From the NCBI GenBank assembly GCA_950097015.1, contig CATNEN010000038.1:4092001-4156000 (forward strand): a DNA stretch of 64,000 nucleotides, given 5' to 3'. This DNA is from Macrostomum hystrix (lineage: Eukaryota; Animalia; Platyhelminthes). Position 1 is the stretch's first letter, and each line of letters begins with the position of its first letter. The notes under the pieces are model-generated. The model was not told where the DNA came from. It ran no database searches and saw nothing but the letters and a program-made list of their open reading frames with translations. The position numbers and the translations under genes are program-made. This document shows, piece after piece, positions 46,130 to 58,300 of the stretch.

Positions 46130-47660
46130 TCCTCAGATGTCGCATCTTGATCTCTTATATCTCCTCAGTTGTCACATCTTGATCTCTTATATCTCCTCAG
46201 ATGTCGCATCTTGATCTCTTATGTCTCCTCAGTTGTCACATCTTGATCTCTTATATCTCCTCAGATGTCACATCTTGATCTCTTATATCTCCTCAGTTGT
46301 CACATCTTGATCTCTTATATCTCCTCAGATGTCACATCTTGATCTCTTATATCTCCTCAGTTGTCACATCTTGATCTCTTATATCTCCTCAGTTGTCACA
46401 TCTTGATCTCTTATATCTCCTCAGTTGTCACATCTTGATCTCTTATATCTCCTCAGTTGTCACATCTTGATCTCTTATATCGCCTCAGATGTCGCATCTT
46501 GATCTCTTATAAGTCCTCAGATGTCGCATCTTGATCTCGATAAGGTCCTCAGATGTCACATCTTGATCTCTTATAGGTCCTCAGATGTCGCATCTTGATC
46601 TCTTATATCTCCTCAGATGTCACATCTTGATCTCTTATATCTCCTCAGTTGTCACATCTTGATCTCTTATATCTCCTCAGTTGTCACATCTTGATCTCTT
46701 ATATCTCCTCAGTTGTCACATCTTGATCTCTTATATCTCCTCAGTTGTCACATCTTGATCTCTTATATCTCCTCAGTTGTCACATCTTGATCTCTTATAT
46801 CTCCTCAGTTGTCGCATCTTGATCTCTTATAGGTCCTCAGATGTCACATCTTGATCTCTTATAGGTCCTCAGATGTCACATCTTGATCTCTTATAGGTCC
46901 TCAGATGTCACATCTTGATCTCTTATAGGTCCTCAGATGTCACATCTTGATCTCTTATAGGTCCTCAGATGTCGCATCTTGATCTCTTATAGGTCCTCAG
47001 ATGTCACATCTTGATCTCTTATAGGTCCTCAGATGTCACATCTTGATCTCTAATAGGTCCTCAGATGTCACATCTTGATCTCTAATAGGTCCTCAGATGT
47101 CACATCTTGATCTCTTATAGGTCCTCAGATGTCACATCTTGATCTCTTATAGGTCCTCAGATGTCGCATCTTGATCTCTTATAGGTCCTCAGATGTCACA
47201 TCTTGATATCTTATAGGTCCTCAGATGTCACATCTTGATATCTTATAGGTCCTCAGATGTCACATCTTGATCTCTTATAGGTCCTCAGATGTCACATCTT
47301 GATCTCTTATAGGTCCTCAGATGTCACATCTTGATCTCTTATATCTCCTCAGATGTCGCATCTTGATCTCTTATAGGTCCTCAGATGTCACATCTTGATC
47401 TCTTATAGGTCCTCAGATGTCACATCTTGATCTCTTATATCTCCTCAGATGTCACATCTTGATCTCTTATAGGTCCTCAGATGTCACATCTTGATCTCTT
47501 ATAGGTCCTCAGATGTCACATCTTAATCTCTTATATCTCCTCAGATGTCGCATCTTGATCTCGATAAGGTCCTCAGATGTCGCATCTTGATCTCTTATAG
47601 GTCCTCAGATGTCGCATCTTGATCTCGATACGGTCCTCAGATGTCGCATCTTGATCTTTA
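46130..47660. repeat. 32-bp minisatellite, about 47 copies
   Basis: CCTCAG(A/T)TGTCACATCTTGATCTCTTATA(GGT/TCT). Confidence 0.95.
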
Positions 47661-47792
47661 TCATATCCTAAGATCTCTATCAGGTCCTAAGATTGTCTCT
47701 GGGAGTTCATACGAGAAGTTCCAGCTATCGTTGGCGTTGATGTTGGGATTTTGATATAAATATCGAAACTTCTATTGCTAGAAAGCGACAAA

Positions 47793-49678
47793 ATGCCTGA
47801 ATGGACGGGAATAACTCTGAAGTCCACTGTGCGCGAACAGTACGCTGAGAAAATTGAAAACCTGTTCGGCCCCTTCAAACTGGCCAATTGGGAGGCCGCA
47901 TTTGACGAAGCCACCTTTAACGCTTCCTTAGTCAACAGTTGCGAGCTGCGCAACTCGCCTAGCGACACGCCGCGCGGCTGGACTCTCCTACACTTCGCTG
48001 CCAGCGCCGCAGCTCCCGCCTGGGTGGCCGCTCGGCTGGTTGAATCTGGGGCGGTGCGCTGCGCCAAGGACTGGTTGGGCAGGACTCCGTTGGACCTCGC
48101 TAAAGCGAATGCCGACAGTAGCCAGGTGAAATATTGCACCATTTTATTAACAGTTAAAAGGTCATGCCATTTTTCACCTTGGGGAAAGATTTCGGGGCTA
48201 TTTTAAATGGCCATTGTCTACTTCACGAAGCTCCCAAACCGACTGGTGAAATTCAACCAATTGGATCAAAATTCAACCGAGTCGTCCGAGTCAACATCGG
48301 CGAGATATTTTTCTATTCTTGTCGAAGACCCTGTCGAAGATCCATATTGGTTAAATAGTGAAAAAATTAACAACCATTTATTCAATCTGAAATAGTCATT
48401 AACGATAGCCGACATACTTACATTAGGAAATTTTATGAGCAAAATTAATTATGCCCATATTTGTGGTTCTTTCCACCAGGTTCTGTCCGAAGAGGTTGTA
48501 GCCTTATGGTTAGAGCGTCTGACTCACTAATTCAAGGTCTTGGGTTCGATTCCCAATGTGTTCTGAGCAGTGACACATCAAGGACCACTAGAAGTAAAAG
48601 GACGGGAAACTTTGTTTCTTAGAAAATAATTGAAGGCTTGTTTCTTGCGAAAAAAATACACTTGGGAGATAGGAAATTTTCTTTTTCTTTTTTAGGTTTA
48701 AATAATCTTCGTACGGTTTTTTACTAAATAAAATCCAATTTTAACTTGAATCTTAAATTATTGATTGACCAAATTTATATTTGATGTTTTTATACATCAA
48801 TCTTATAGTTTACATTTTTGCCATCATGAATATTGTGTTTCATATTAAAATATTTATCTAGAAAAATAATTTGTTTTGAAATAAGGTATTTTATTTTACC
48901 TTATTGTTACATACAATCAATTTACTGCTTTCTAGTGATAATTATTATGGCATTAAAAATATCAGGTAATATCAAAAGAACTCCGTGTAGTGTATTTTTT
49001 CTCGGAAACCAGCCTTCAAATGTTTCTAAGAAACGTGGTTTCCCGTCCTTCTACTTCTAGTAGTCCTTGTGACACATTCGACTCGGGCAAAGTCTTTGAG
49101 CTCGAATCCATGGCGAGATCAAACTATTTTGGGGCGCAGCCGTAGACAGAAGGCTTGCAGGCCGTGAGGACCAGCTCTCTAGTCCACTGTCAACCCAGAA
49201 ACGATGAGTCAGAATCACATTATCGGAAATGAGTCGGTCTAAAAGAGAGTGCTTGATCGCCCTAATGAATCAAAGCTGTTGGCGCGCCGTTCAACAGGAG
49301 CTGGTGGCAGTCCTGACGCCGGAGTATCGCCTGGCCTCGGAGCAAATCAACGACACCCAGCTGGACGCCATTGAGGGCCACTTCCACAGCCTCATCAGAG
49401 AGGTGTCCAACGAACTGAGCGAGGACCATCAACTGGCTCTGTTGCCAGTTCGAGTCCTACTGGAGTCGTCTAAGTCGAGCCCCGACCAACAATGGAACTT
49501 TCCCATACCGGGCATGTACGGCGGCTTCTATGGGATTCATCTGGTACCCGCAGGGTCTGACGGCTCGGGCGTGTGGCACCTGCTGTGCGATAGCTGGTGC
49601 CGCGTGGTCGGCGGCTCCGGCCGGCGGGACAAAGTCACCGCTGACGGCTGCGAGCTGCTGGAATCCGGCTTCGTCTGA
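47793..49678 (+). CDS. Bacterial-type ankyrin-repeat protein with a conserved C-terminal domain, ~237 aa (exons 47793-48125, 49298-49678)
   Basis: WTLLHFAA...GA...GRTPLDLA ankyrin; phase-0 intron CAG|GT...CAG|GAG; C-terminus FPIPGMYGGF...DSWCRVVGGSG...LLESGFV. Confidence 0.8.
48495..48560 (+). mobile_element. tRNA-like SINE head (family B), intronic
   Basis: GTAGCCTTATGGTTAGAGCG (A box) ... GGTTCGATTCCC (B box); no complete cloverleaf. Confidence 0.6.
48579..49069. mobile_element. hAT-type MITE, 491 bp, ~47-bp imperfect TIRs, perfect 8-bp TSD TGACACAT
   Basis: CAAGGACCACTAGAAGTAAAAGGACGGGAAAC... versus ...GTTTCCCGTCCTTCTACTTCTAGTAGTCCTTG; TGACACAT at 48571-48578 and 49070-49077. Confidence 0.92.
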
Positions 49679-50917
49679 CTGACGTGTCGACGCGTTACAA
49701 ATTTTTAAGGCTTCCAATTCTTTTTTGCTTCAAGTTCACCTTATTCAGAACATGGACAGTTACATGTAGCTGTGTTATATTCAGAAGCTAATCAATTTTA
49801 TTATTATCACAATCTTTTTTAGATAACTATTGTGTACAATGGAACTAAAAGGGAGCATGTTGGGGTCGGAAGTTTGAAATCTCATTCTAAGATTTAAACA
49901 ATTTTCTTTGAGCCATACTCAATCCAAGCCTCTGTGACGATTAAAACACAAAGGACGAAATCGAAGTCTGAGCAGCGGCAATTGTAAGTTCGGCAATTCA
50001 AAGTCAGTAATGTTGGTGACGTAGCGGTAGCACTTTTATTCCGTATGCACTGGGACGTCGACAAGCAGGGTGTAATGTAAGGCGTAGGAGCTCGTAATGG
50101 TGAGTGTCAGAACCGAATGTAGTGGAGTGTAGTGAGTGAGAAAAGTCACGGCACGAAACGTAGAAGAGCGAGAACGGCGATAACGGAAGAGCGCAAGAAC
50201 GAAAGTGAGGAAGAAAGAACCAGTGGAGCGCAGAACCAGTGGAGCGCGAGCGGGAAGGAAAGAAAGCCGCACGAAAGGAAACGTAAAGCGCGAGCGGGCC
50301 TGAAGCCCTTGGTTAAGTAAACTAGGCTGATTGAAAAACAAAGCGATCGATACTTCCGGCCAGCCAGAGCTCGCACGCTCATTGGCCGGGGGGAAAATAC
50401 ATTAAGATACGCGTAGTAAATAGCTAGAATGGCGCGATATACGTTTATGGTTACTGACAGTAGCGCACTAATAATTTGACTTACTAATATAAATTAACAG
50501 AATTGGATAATATGATACGATGAGCTAAAACGGCCCTCGCAAGTACATAATTTGGAAATTAAGCATATAATCAACGCATAGAGTAATATTGTAGGGGCGC
50601 AGGGGTGCCTTCAACAAGTGACAACGTCACACCTCGATTTTCCGATTCATATTGCAAAAAAGTCAAAACTGCAACTGTAACTATAATAGCCTTTATATTT
50701 ATTTAAATTTATACTTTTTAAACAAACAAAAATTTTTATACTTGTGTCATGTGCTGACGACTGATTCATATTTTATACTGCTTTTAATTAAATAGAATGT
50801 TTATGGCTTTTAAATTGTAAATTTCAATAGATTTTTCTTAAAAAAAGATTTCCTTTTGAAAAAAAGTATTATATTTGTCGTTTGTTTTCAAATCACCAAT
50901 CCATTTGCTTTAGATTA

Positions 50918-51149
50918 GGCGCGTGCTAATAAGTGCAGCTAGTTCCCCATCACGCAGTCGGCGCGTGCTAATAAGTGCAGCGAGTTCCCCATCACGCAGT
51001 CGGTGCGTGCTAATAAGTGCAGCGAGTTCCCCCTATCATGCACTCGGCGCGTGCTAATAAGTGCAGCTAGTTCCCCATCACGCAGTCGGTGCGTGCTAAT
51101 AAGTGCAGCGAATTCCCCATTACGCAGTCGGCGCGTGCTAATAAGTGCA
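50918..51149. repeat. 42-bp tandem repeat, about 5.5 copies, upstream of the PanK-like gene
   Basis: GGCGCGTGCTAATAAGTGCAGC(T/G)AGTTCCCCATCACGCAGTC. Confidence 0.9.
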
Positions 51150-51408
51150 GGGGGTGTTGTCCTCTAAGGGCTTGCCTGAGCTTCATAAAAATAGTGTTTA
51201 TCACAAAATACACTGTTTATTCTGTGGTGTTTATGCTGCACTGTCACTATATAAATATTGCAAATGCGGGTACAAAAAGGCGCCCTTAAGCATCGCGAGC
51301 TGTCAATGCACCCCTATCGTCACTCTATTCTCAAGCTTTCAGCAGCAGCAGCAGCAATAAGCATCGCGTCTTTAAGAAAGAAATAAATCTGACGAAGATC
51401 CAGGCACA

Positions 51409-51864
51409 ATGACTGAACCGAAGTTCATCTTTCAAGACCGAGTGGTTGTTCCCAGCAGTCTGCTGGGCGCCCTGCCAAGTCGGTTGAGCTTCGACAACGG
51501 CGCCACGCTGTCAAAGATTCTTTACGTGACCGACTCGACCGATGATGCGGCCGACTCCTGCGTGCTCAACTTTGTCACCGTCGCCAAGGCCGACTTCCCG
51601 GAGGCGATCAGGTGGATCGCTAAACAGCCGGGCTGCCAGCAGACGAGCCAGGCCCGCAGTCTTGTGAAAATGACCGGCGTGAACTTCGCCTATCAGGACC
51701 TGCTCCAGGAGGCCTTCGGTGCCAGTTGCGAGCACGTGATCGAGCTGCTGACGCAGGTGCACGGCAGGGTCGAGTCTTTTGGCCTATTTGAGCTCTTCAA
51801 GCACTCTCGCGCCTGGACTCCGATAGTCTGATTGCTTTCAATCGGGTCGCATAAGACGAGGTCC

Positions 51865-51908
<44 letters not shown>

Positions 51909-52679
51909 GGGCATTCACCTTAAACACTGATTTTCACAGAGTCGAATCGTTTCGTCTGATTCTCTGTCAGAATCGGGTTCAGCGACCTTGGTGCGAGAGA
52001 CTGGCGCGGTTAACCGCTCTGCCACTCAACCCATAGCCCAGTGGTTTTGGAGCTTCGCAATTCTGATTGAGAGGTCGGCAGTTCGAAACTCGATCCAACG
52101 GAAGCATTTTGTATACTTTAGCTGCATTCTTGGCACACAAGTAATTTCCAAGTGCTTCAGTTCTCACAGCAGTAAAATGATTACCAGCATCAGCTGGGGT
52201 AGAAATTTAGGCGGGTGTTGCGGCATCACGAGTCCATGGACTGAACAGCTGTACACAGACCGTACTCTTGCTATCAAACTCAAGTATTCAAGGGGAGGGA
52301 GTTAAGTGGACTCTCGCACTGAGGGTCCCAAAGGAAGTCGGTGGCAGGGCGGTCTAACGCGTTTTCCTATCGCGCCAAGGTCCCTGAGGTCGATTCCGCG
52401 GTGAGGCCACTTTCATTTCGGGCGCAGTCGCGGAGAGATGGCTTGGCGGCTTTCGTGTTATTTACGCCCTTAAGGGCCAACATCCAAGGCACAGTGAAAG
52501 TGCACGCTGCCTGACGATGAGAAATTCAGGGCAGATGTACACACCTGTGAGCGTGTGCCTGTGTACGGTATCTGTGTGCGTGTGTGCTCAGGAGTCAGCG
52601 AAATGTGCAGAATTGCCTCCTCGCTGGCTGCGGGTCTAGTGTCACCGAATGATGTGCCATTGCCCGCAACCATCCTGAA

Positions 52680-52712
<33 letters not shown>

Positions 52713-54358
52713 TAGTGTCCCCTGTGAATGATTGCACACTTCAGGTGCGCGGCTGTCACTGGATGGTAACTAATCTGTCTGAGGAGCAGGTGTTCCTACC
52801 TGCTGTTGAGCCAGACCCGCTGTTCCAAGTGAATCTGGATGACAATCCGCTGCTGGCCAACATTATAGACAAGTTCAAGGTTGAAGGTGAGTGAACATGA
52901 TGTCTCTCCGCTGTAATATTGTGAAAATGTTTTTTGGATAGATATACATGTAGAGGCAAAGGAAGGCTACGCAAGCCTGGGGACCACAAGGAGTTGAAGG
53001 ACAAGAAACTACATTTCTTAGAAAAAGTTTAGAATGCTAGTTTGCTTCACGAAAGAAACTTTATTTCTGAAAATTTGACCTTTGTACCATTTTGTTTACA
53101 AATGGCTATATTATTTCCATTAAAGAGTTTCAAAGCATACAACATTCAAGAACTCATAATACAGTTTCTTGATCACTAATCAGAGGTTGTACTCGTAGTT
53201 GTGGTTTTATTGCTTCAGGAGCATTTTAGGGAAGGTCATGAGGAGAAAAAAAGCATTTGAAACCGATGTATTTGAATAATTGCAGGAGGGTTGCAGGAAA
53301 TGGCTTTGGTGATTTTGTGACACTAGACCCGCAGCCAGCGGGGAGGCAATTCTGCCCATTCCGCTGACTCTTGAGCACACGCGCACACAGATACCGTCCG
53401 TAGGCATACGCTCACACAGGTGTGTACATCTGCCCTGACTTTCGCATCGTCAGGCAGTGTACACTCTCACTGTGTCTTCGAGGTTGGCCCTAAAGGGTGT
53501 AAATTGCACGACAAGCCCCCAAGCCTTCTCTCCATTGACGCTGAATCGAGCTCAGAGACCTTGGTGCGAGAGGCAAACGCGTTAACCGCTCTGCCACTGT
53601 TTCCTTAGGCAAAGGTGACACGCATCTATCATCCCTGATTCGTAGGTGCTGAATCCGCAGCGAAATTTCCCGCCATCCTGGTCTGCCTCGGCTCAGGCAG
53701 CATGATTAGCGTGCTGGACTCTGATGGCAAGATGAGCAGCTTTCACTTCTGCCTGTTGGGCGGCAAGAGCCTCCAGGGCATGGCCAGGCTGATGATCGGG
53801 ACGGCCGACTATGACGAGATCATGGCTCTGGCTGAGAGGGGCGACCGGGCCAATGTGGACCTGCTCGTCAAGGAGGTTTGATTAGCTGAGTCTTTCGCTT
53901 TGAATGAACTCGTTGTGGTAGTTTTCGAGCAGCTCCCGCTGTCACCCATTGTTATGCATGCCTTCCAGGTCATCGCCAATGACCCGGCCAGCCCGTACGG
54001 CCAGTTCAACGGCGACATCCCCATGATGCACTTTGGCAAGGCGGCAGAGGACCGTCTAAGCCGGGACGGCGCTCGCCGCGAAGACGTGGCCCGCAGCCTG
54101 GTGTCGCTGTTCTGCGCCAACCTGCTGGGCAGCCTGGTGTCCATCAGCACCCTGAGCAAGGTGCCCATGGTGTACTTTGCTGGCAATTTTTTTGCCAACG
54201 CCTTGGCTAGGCGAGAGTTTGAGAACGCCAAGAGTCTGCTCACTCGGATTGGCGCCGGATTCAAGCATCGGTTCATCAGGAACGGTGGTCACCTGGGAGC
54301 CGCTGGCGCTCTTGTGGCGACTAACATGGACGCTCCCGCTTATCTGAAATTCGTCTAA
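51409..54358 (+). CDS. Divergent type II pantothenate kinase-like (fumble family) protein, ~369 aa (exons 51409-51756, 52745-52886, 53646-53875, 53969-54358)
   Basis: SFDNGATLSKILY, ELLTQVRGCHW, FPAILVCLGSG, LGG, LAERGDRANVDLLVKE, HFGK, DVARSLV, VYFAGNF, FIRNGGHLGAAGAL; exons in frame. Confidence 0.85.
51866..51906. repeat. (GT)n microsatellite
   Basis: Direct. Confidence 0.95.
52055..52255 (+). mobile_element. SINE family B copy
   Basis: CAGTTCGAAAC B-box-like; GCTTCAGTTC...TACCAGCATCAGCTGGGG...AGTCCATGGACTGAACAGCTG. Confidence 0.6.
52340..52712 (+). mobile_element. SINE family A, near-full-length copy with (ATT)n tail
   Basis: GTGGCAGGGCGGTCTAACGCG head, GAGGTCGATTCC B box, body nearly identical to the 31790 copy, about 10 ATT units. 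Confidence 0.85.
53272..53600 (-). mobile_element. SINE family A copy, inverted
   Basis: Reverse complement matches the family A body and head (GTGGCAGAGCGGTTAACGCG). Confidence 0.8.
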
Positions 54359-55352
54359 GGCTCTGGTGGTGAAAAAAGGGCAAAATTTGTCTACTCGTTA
54401 AATCTAATCATGTAATCAAGTCCTTGTCCTTGGCACCAAGGTCTGTGACAAGAATCGCCATGTATCTCAACGATGCTGGCTCGTACGGCTAAGTTTATTC
54501 TATAGGGCGGAAAAAATTATTCAGATGGTGGACTTTCACGAAAATCAGTGATTCGGTTTTGGAGCTATCGTGAATTAGGCAGCGCGCATTTTAAATAGCC
54601 CCCATGGTGAACAAAACGCATAGACTGGTTTGGCTCTGGCCCGGACACGAAGGCTTCAAAGAGAATAATACTATTGAAAGGCAGTTTTTTGTTTAAAGAA
54701 ACTGCATATCGCGTTCTTATTGATATTTACAGAATGTTTATCACTTCAGCTTTTTAGTGTAAATCAAAATAAATACGCTTTTTAACTTTCGAGAAGCGCA
54801 ATTTTCATATTCGTATTTTTTTAATCATCTTTTATTATTTGAACTAGATCACGCATATCAAACCGACAAACCAATAAAAACGCAACAAGACATGAAAACC
54901 TAATTTTAAACACAATAATACTGTTTATTGTATGAAAAATAGCTTCTTCTATTGTTGTTTATTTTATTATCACAAAGAAGAAAATTTCAGTGGCATGACC
55001 AGGCGAACGTAGATATTTTCCAGCTTATTGGGCTGAAGTACAAGGAAGTTTAGTGACTGGGTAAAAATCACAAATCCTAAAAAATTCTGGAATAGTACCA
55101 GGAATATGGGACTACAAAGCACAGTGAAAATCTTCATTATATTGCCGTCAAATAACACCTGAAAAACTGTTTTTAAATGCGCGACACTGTCTATTCACTC
55201 TACTTAATGTAACTTTTCTGCCTGTACAAATTATATCGTTCTGAACTATTGGAATATGAGCATTCAGAATTAATTTCATTTGCCTCAATCACATACGAGC
55301 ATTTTCGAATCAAAACGAGAAGTGTGTGCAAAATACTAAATGACCTTTAACC

Positions 55353-58300
55353 CTAGGCCGACCTTGTTACATCAGTCCTAGGTTCGTCGTCATCGCTAGT
55401 GCGACTTCCTTGACTGGGCCTCCCAGCTTCTTGGCTAGCGCCGCCGAAGTTGTACTTTAGTTCGGTGGATCGGCACACAGCAGCGGCTGTTAAACTGGGC
55501 AGCGCCATCTGGATTCGCGGCGCCCTGGACGGATCCAGCAGGTGATCAAACAGCTGGCTGAGGTTTTTCAGTGCGGTAGCTCGCCAGTCAGCTGGTGTGG
55601 TTACACGGCAGCTGCAGGCGAGGCCGTAGATGTTCAGGTTCAGCAGCAGGGCGGCCCGGCCGAAGCCGCTCCTGTCTTTGCCGGCTCGCCGGTAGAGGGG
55701 AAACACGGTAGCCTCGTCGGCCGAGCCGCTGCGTGTCGGTGTCAGGTCGTCGCGAATGAGCGATTTCGAGCCGCACAGAATGACGGCGTGCCGCTGCAGG
55801 TGTTTAAAGAGAGACCGATTCACCGATCATAGAACTTAAAGGTTGTAGCCTAGCAGTTTTAGCCTTGGACTAACGGCATGAAGGTCGAGGGTTCGATTCG
55901 TAAAATATCTGGAAAAGTATGGGACGCCTAGCAAGACAATTAACTCCGCAATGCTTCAGTTCAACCGACTGCTAACTGGGTACCGGCATCAGCTGGCACA
56001 AGAGCAGCGGCTGTGCTGTCGGCTGCACATCTGACCCAAGTATGGCAGTTGTTATCTATTTTTTATTTTTAGTCATATTGTTGAGACGACTATTATCCAT
56101 ATTCTAAGAGGAACGAAATCCCCATCCTAAAACGAGTATCCCGAGAGTCATTGTCAGGAGGTCAGGCTGACTCGCAGCCGCAGCTGTCACTCACCAGCGG
56201 GCAGTCAATCACAGCTCCAGTCAGCGTGACCATCTGGGCTGTCAGACCATAGGCAGCGGCGCAGAGCTTCTCTTCCGATTTGGTCAGTTTCAACCAGCAG
56301 CCGCTCAGCGGCGGTTGCAAGCTGACGCCGGCGATGCTGTCGCCCTGGTTGCCCAGGCGGAATATCTGACGCAGCTCCGTCAGCGAAATGGCTCTCTGGG
56401 CTGCCAGCTGCAGCCGCAGCGATTGCGCACTGGTGCGGCTCTTGGCCAAATCTGATCCGCTTCGTTCGAGGACCTCCTGTGCCGCTTCGATTGATTGGCG
56501 AACTGTAACAAAATTGATTGACAGGTTGACTGCAAACATTCATAGGATGAAACATTTTCCGGATAATTATTCTGCTCACAAAACTTCATCATGTCGGATC
56601 TTACTGTTGTATTGCATTGATTAGAATGTTAATTAGGCTCGTAATTTTTTTTTCAACCAATATGGAATTCGCAATAGAGGCTTATACTGAGCAATGTTCG
56701 TTGTCCTTGTCACCAGGGTCTTAGACAGGAATCACTTTCACATAAATCGTCATCGGTTTGGGAGCTATGGTGAAGTAGGCAGTGCGCATATTGTAATACC
56801 CCCGTGGTCTATCACCAGGGGGGAATAGCATGGTATTTTTACTGTTAAACAGGCGGGTGATTCGCCAGTTCATACACGGGTTCTGGTGGTTTGATTTAGA
56901 GAATTTTTAGTATCGAAAAAGCATGAAAATCTCACGCTCAGCAATGCAGGCGTTCAATTGTGCGTTGCTGCCTCGCAGCTGCTCCAACTGATGACGCCAG
57001 TTGGCTAGGCTGCTCAGCCGATTATGCAGCACTTGACGATTGAGCATCAGGATTTCGAGCGACTCGGAGGAAGACTGCTCAGCCAAAGCTGACTGGGTGC
57101 AACTTCTCAAACGAGTTGCGGTCCGCTCGAGATCGATGGACTTAACGTCCAGCCCAAGAAGCCGCCGAAGACTCAGCACGCTGTAGGAAGCAGTGCGTCC
57201 GCTGCTGTTGAAGCTCGCAAGTTCGACGCTCAGGTGGCAACGGCTAGTCGATAACTTGAGTCCATTGTGAGTCTCTGGGGCGACAAACAGGTAGATGCCT
57301 TTGAATCGAAGCGCCACGCGGGCAGCTGAAGCTGACATCTGTGTGGCCAGCGAGTCGTCCGTGGTGACGCAATCTTGGCCATAGAGGCTGCGCCTACGAG
57401 GTGCTGGTAGCCTCAAGTCCTCTTGACGACGCAGATCAGTGTCATCGTACTCGCTGGCCGACGGCAGGGTCGGTGGACGCCGCAAATCGCGCGCCAATTG
57501 AAGATCAGCAATGCTCAGCAACAGGCGCCTGGCAGACTTGTCAAATGTGTCAATCTTGTCTCTGTGGTTGCTAGGCAGTTTGTTGCCAGGGACGCTGTAG
57601 AAAGCGATGGAGAATCTGGACAGCCGACGGACGGGGCATGCGATTGGCGAGCCGCAGAGGGCGTCGGTCATGCTCGGTGTTTGGTCCCATCGAAGTAGGC
57701 CGTCGTAGCATCTGGTCACAAACTCTGAGCTGATTTTTAAATACAAGCAAAGCTTTAATTGTCAATAATTGAGTTGACAATTTGAATTGTCAAAGCTTGA
57801 ATAGAAGGTTCAGAAGCTCCGCCTAGGCAAAGGCCATTAGACGAAGAAGGCTGAGATGGCGCAGACACATGTGGTGGTCCACAAGCTGATGAAGTCAAAC
57901 AGCTTGACAAAGCTTTTCTGAGTTAAAGGGTGTACCTGATTGATTGTCACTTATAGTAAAAAATTGGTCCTTAATTTAGAATCTTCAATATCTGCCTTTG
58001 TTTCAGGTGCGTCAGAAGGATCTTTGTAGTTAGAGTGATTAGAGCGCCATACTCACGACTTGAAGGTCGGGAGTTCGATTTCCGAATCCACTGGTACTAT
58101 TTGTTTGTCATTTAAAAAGCATTAGCTGGAGCAATTGAGGGTTGGGTGTCGCGTCCCCCCAGTCCATGGACTGGACAGCTGCATGCAGCCGACAGTTTTT
58201 CAGCTGCATTTATGATTCAAATGGAGGCAGGCTTAAAAAAAAGATTTAAATTCTGTTGCAACAGAAAAACTGTCATTCGTAGTACATATGGCATTGAGTT

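Noticed and set aside
48495-48560. Functional tRNA genes here and at ~55840 and ~58025
   Set aside because: A and B boxes are present but acceptor and anticodon stems are not intact, and related copies continue into shared SINE bodies.
52605-52680. HDV-like ribozyme in SINE family A: GCCTCCTCGCTGGC matches the HDV genomic P3/L3 as I recall it
   Set aside because: The strand complementary to the would-be P1' (GCCCGCA) lies downstream, no GG follows P1' to form P1.1, and no P2 partner follows a J4/2. A simple 3' hairpin explains it better. An RNArobo/Infernal search or a cleavage assay would settle it.
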